From: Macrostomum lignano
Lineage: Eukaryota
Length of the DNA stretch: 64,000 bases
Assembly: GCA_002269645.1 (NCBI GenBank)
Contig: NIVC01001550.1
Coordinates: 124,001 to 188,000 of the forward strand
Reading direction: 5' to 3'
Position 1 is the stretch's first letter; every line of letters begins with the position of its first letter. Under the pieces are notes generated by a model, which saw only the letters and a program-made list of their open reading frames with translations, was not told the DNA's origin and did no database searches. The translations under genes and the position numbers were made by a program. This document shows, piece by piece, positions 61,154 to 64,000 of this stretch.

Positions 61154-62390
61154 CTGCCGCTGTTTCTCTCATTTCCCAGCTTGAGTTTCTGCCTGTCCCA
61201 GTGCTCTCCTTAGTCCTCCTTAGCCCTGAGCTGATCTGAGAAAGTCTCGGGGAGAAAAATGGACTTTGCTCTTAGGGAGTTAGACAACATCATTGACTAA
61301 TCAGTTTCCCCTCCCTGAAGGATCGGAGGGAGGGGCAGTTTCCCCTCCCTGAAGGACCGGAGGGAGGGGCAGTTTCCCCTCCCTGAAGGACCGGAGGGAG
61401 GGGCAGTTTCCCTCCCTGAAGGATCGGAGGGAGGGGCAGTTTCCCTCCCTGAAGGATCGGAGGGAGGGGCAGCAGCAGAGTTTGCCCTTGGCAATTCTTG
61501 TAGCTCCCGTTTTTAATGCGGGATTGCGGGTCATGTGAGAAAGCCATCAATCACCTGCGCCTTCACTGACGCCAGTCGGTTGGTACCTCCGCTGCCGCCT
61601 CCGCCGGCGCCCTCCTCCAACTGCCCGCTTCTTCCATCCTCATCGCCTCGGCCTTGCTGCTGCTGCCACTCTAATACTCTGTCGTACAGGCTGTTGCCCA
61701 AATTTCTGAAAGCCAATAACGAGTGCATGTCAGTGCAGACAGTGTGGGTTTTATTTGATGACCCTGCTTCCAACCTCCGCTCTCTCCGCCCCTGACCTCC
61801 GCTCTCTCCGCCCCTGACCTCCGCTCTCTCCGCCCCTGACCTCCGCTCTCTCCGCCCTGACCTCCGCTCTCTCCGCCCCTGACCTCCGCTCTCTCCGCCC
61901 CCTGACCTCCGCTCTCTCCGCCCCTGACCTCCGCTCTCTCCGCCCCCTGACCTCCGCTCTCTCCGCCCCTGACCTCCGCTCTCTCCGCCCCCTGACCTCC
62001 GCTCTCTCCGCCCCCTGACCTCCGCTCTCTCCGCCCCCTGACCTCCGCTCTCTCCGCCCCCTGACCTCCGCTCTCTCCGCCCCCTGACCTCCGCTCTCTC
62101 CGCCCCCTGACCTCCGCTCTCTCCGCCCCCTGACCTCCGCTCTCTCCGCCCCTGACCTCCGCTCTCTCCGCCCTCTGACCTCCGCTCTCTCCGCCCCCTG
62201 ACCTCCGCTCTCTCCGCCCCCTGACCTCCGCTCTCTCCGCCCCCTGACCTCTTTGCCTCCTGCTGTGTCTGCCTTCCGACACCCGCTTCCAACTACAGAA
62301 AAATAGATTAAATAAAATGAATTAAAATGCCTCGATGCAGACTTACGTGCTACGAATGAGCTCCGTGGCCAAGTATTGAATGATTGACAT
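61154..62390 (-). CDS. Probable 5' exons of an uncharacterised gene (partial)
   Basis: Exons 62347-62390, 61555-61705 and 61154-61235 are phase-compatible: MSIIQYLATELIRSTNLGNSLYDRVLEWQQQQ...ASVKAQISSGLRR...; downstream exons unresolved. Confidence 0.48.
61305..61470 (+). repeat. 33/34-bp hairpin-unit tandem repeat
   Basis: TTTCCCCTCCCTGAAGGA(T/C)CGGAGGGAGGGGCAG, about 5 copies. Confidence 0.92.
61775..62250 (+). repeat. 21/22-bp minisatellite
   Basis: CCTGACCTCCGCTCTCTCCGCC units. Confidence 0.95.
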
Positions 62391-62974
62391 GCCCGCTGCT
62401 TACCTGCAGTTTGCATGGAACTTATCTTTTAAAATACACCTGAAAAACTGTTCTACACCTAAGAAAAACTGTTTGCAAGCAGGGCAGTCTGCTCAGAAAT
62501 AGTTGCTGCATATGGGGGTTAAATTGCGAGAGTAAATATATATATCTTTATCCCTAAGAGCGATCAGATAAGTTATATCGAGTATAGGAGAGCTGAGCAC
62601 ACGAGTGTCCACAACCGTGATCGAGTCTGCTGGTTGGCCAAGCCCCCAAGCACTCGAGAGCAGACAGCCAAGTCACTCACAGTCAGTCACTGTGAATGAC
62701 AGTAGCAAATTGCACGTGCAGGGGATCTTCTGGGCATGACACCATAGCACTGAACATCAAGTTGGATTGGAACTGTAACACGCGTAATCTGGTGCTATTT
62801 TACCCCAAACTTGCATGTATTGAGAGTCCCTAACTTAATACTACATGTACCTAAACTTTGAGTTCTATAAGTTACATATGTATTGTCTGAACTTTTAGTT
62901 ATAATAGAAAACTGCCATGTACACCACGTATTTTACCGAAACTTGAGTCCCACTCAGCTCTCTGCTCTCTCCGC

Positions 62975-63235
62975 CTTCCGACCTCCGCTCTCTCCCTATC
63001 CGACCTCCACTATCTCCCTATCCGACCTCCACTATCTCCCTATCCGACCTCCACTATCTCCCTATCCGACCTCCACTATCTCCCTATCCGACCTCCACTA
63101 TCTCCCTATCCGACCTCCACTATCTTCCTATCCGACCTCCACTATCTTCCTATCCGACCTCCACTATCTCCCTATCCGACCTCCACTATCTCCCTATCCG
63201 ACCTCCACTATCTTCCTATCCGACCTCCACTATCT
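62975..63235 (+). repeat. 21-bp minisatellite related to 61775-62250
   Basis: CCGACCTCCACTATCTCCCTAT-type units. Confidence 0.93.
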
Positions 63236-64000
63236 TACATGTTTACATGTATAGTGTAATTGACGCTCATCATGAGAGGCCCAACCCCAAAGGCACAACA
63301 CAGAGTTACCATGTGTGAGCGTGTGGGTTCTCAAGAATCAGCGAGATGGGCCTGACTGCTTGCCTCACCAGTGGCTGCGGGTGAATTATCGCCTTTAATC
63401 TTTGCCAACTACATGTATAACTACTTATAATCAGTGAGCTCTGGGCCCCAAAAAAGAAGCAAGCCAGCAAGCCAAAACAGGAAAACCTGTGCCATTGTTT
63501 GTGTGAATAATTTGCTAGGTAAAAAACGGAGCATTAACAAATTTGAAACTGAGCAATTTCTGCTTTCAGGCCTGGTTGGCTGGCCAACTCTCAGTGTATT
63601 TATTAATAACTAGCACCTGCTGGGGAAGAACGGCAATTGAATAACAGTGATTATCAGAACAGCTGGACAGGTGAGAAAAATCAAACAGAATGGCCACGCG
63701 GATTGCGGAAGCAGATCGGATTTGTTGATGCAGGAACAATGGGAAACTGCAGAGTGATGGAGAGGGGCTTAATAGCTAATTGTGTGCCACTTTTTATTAG
63801 TCTCAAAATTTTTGTACATAAAAAGGTGAGCAATAGTAATAATAACAATAATAAATAGTAAAAACAGAAAAACGGTATGATTTTTATACACAAACTCAAC
63901 AGAAATTGCTGGCCACCAAATTATGAAGAAGAACAATAATATTGATAAACGGCCTGCAATTCATAATGCACAACACGGATATGCTATAATACGAAACCGA

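Overview
Eukaryotic, intron-rich, extremely minisatellite-dense DNA; the style of the repeats and introns suggests a free-living flatworm such as Macrostomum (inference, not verified). Most long ORFs in the supplied track are translations of tandem repeats. By hand-splicing GT..AG introns with phase checks I reconstructed these genes: a PLAC8-family gene (5.4-5.9 kb, -); a 5-exon GT32/DXD glycosyltransferase (10.7-17.1 kb, -); a 13-exon secreted reprolysin (M12B)-like metalloprotease with an HExxHxxGxxD site and three ShKT domains (20.5-29.1 kb, -); a 2-exon muscarinic/amine-like GPCR (33.8-37.1 kb, -); a 2-exon Gln-rich protein with protein-level repeats EEWTVYETxP and GY[RK]RYL (38.5-42.1 kb, +); a long, mostly disordered Ser/Pro-rich gene (42.4-57.0 kb, -); and two partial genes. 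Mobile DNA: a truncated Gypsy element (LTR, PBS, gag, -1 frameshift site, protease), hAT, RTE and I-group/RNase H LINE relics, and a TA-flanked MITE. About 35 tandem arrays are present. Five of them share a conserved quasi-palindromic core (GGATTGCTAATCT) despite different unit lengths. Best novelty candidates: the reprolysin-3xShK protease, the EEWTVYET repeat protein and the shared-core satellite family. No prokaryotic system or CRISPR array is supported.
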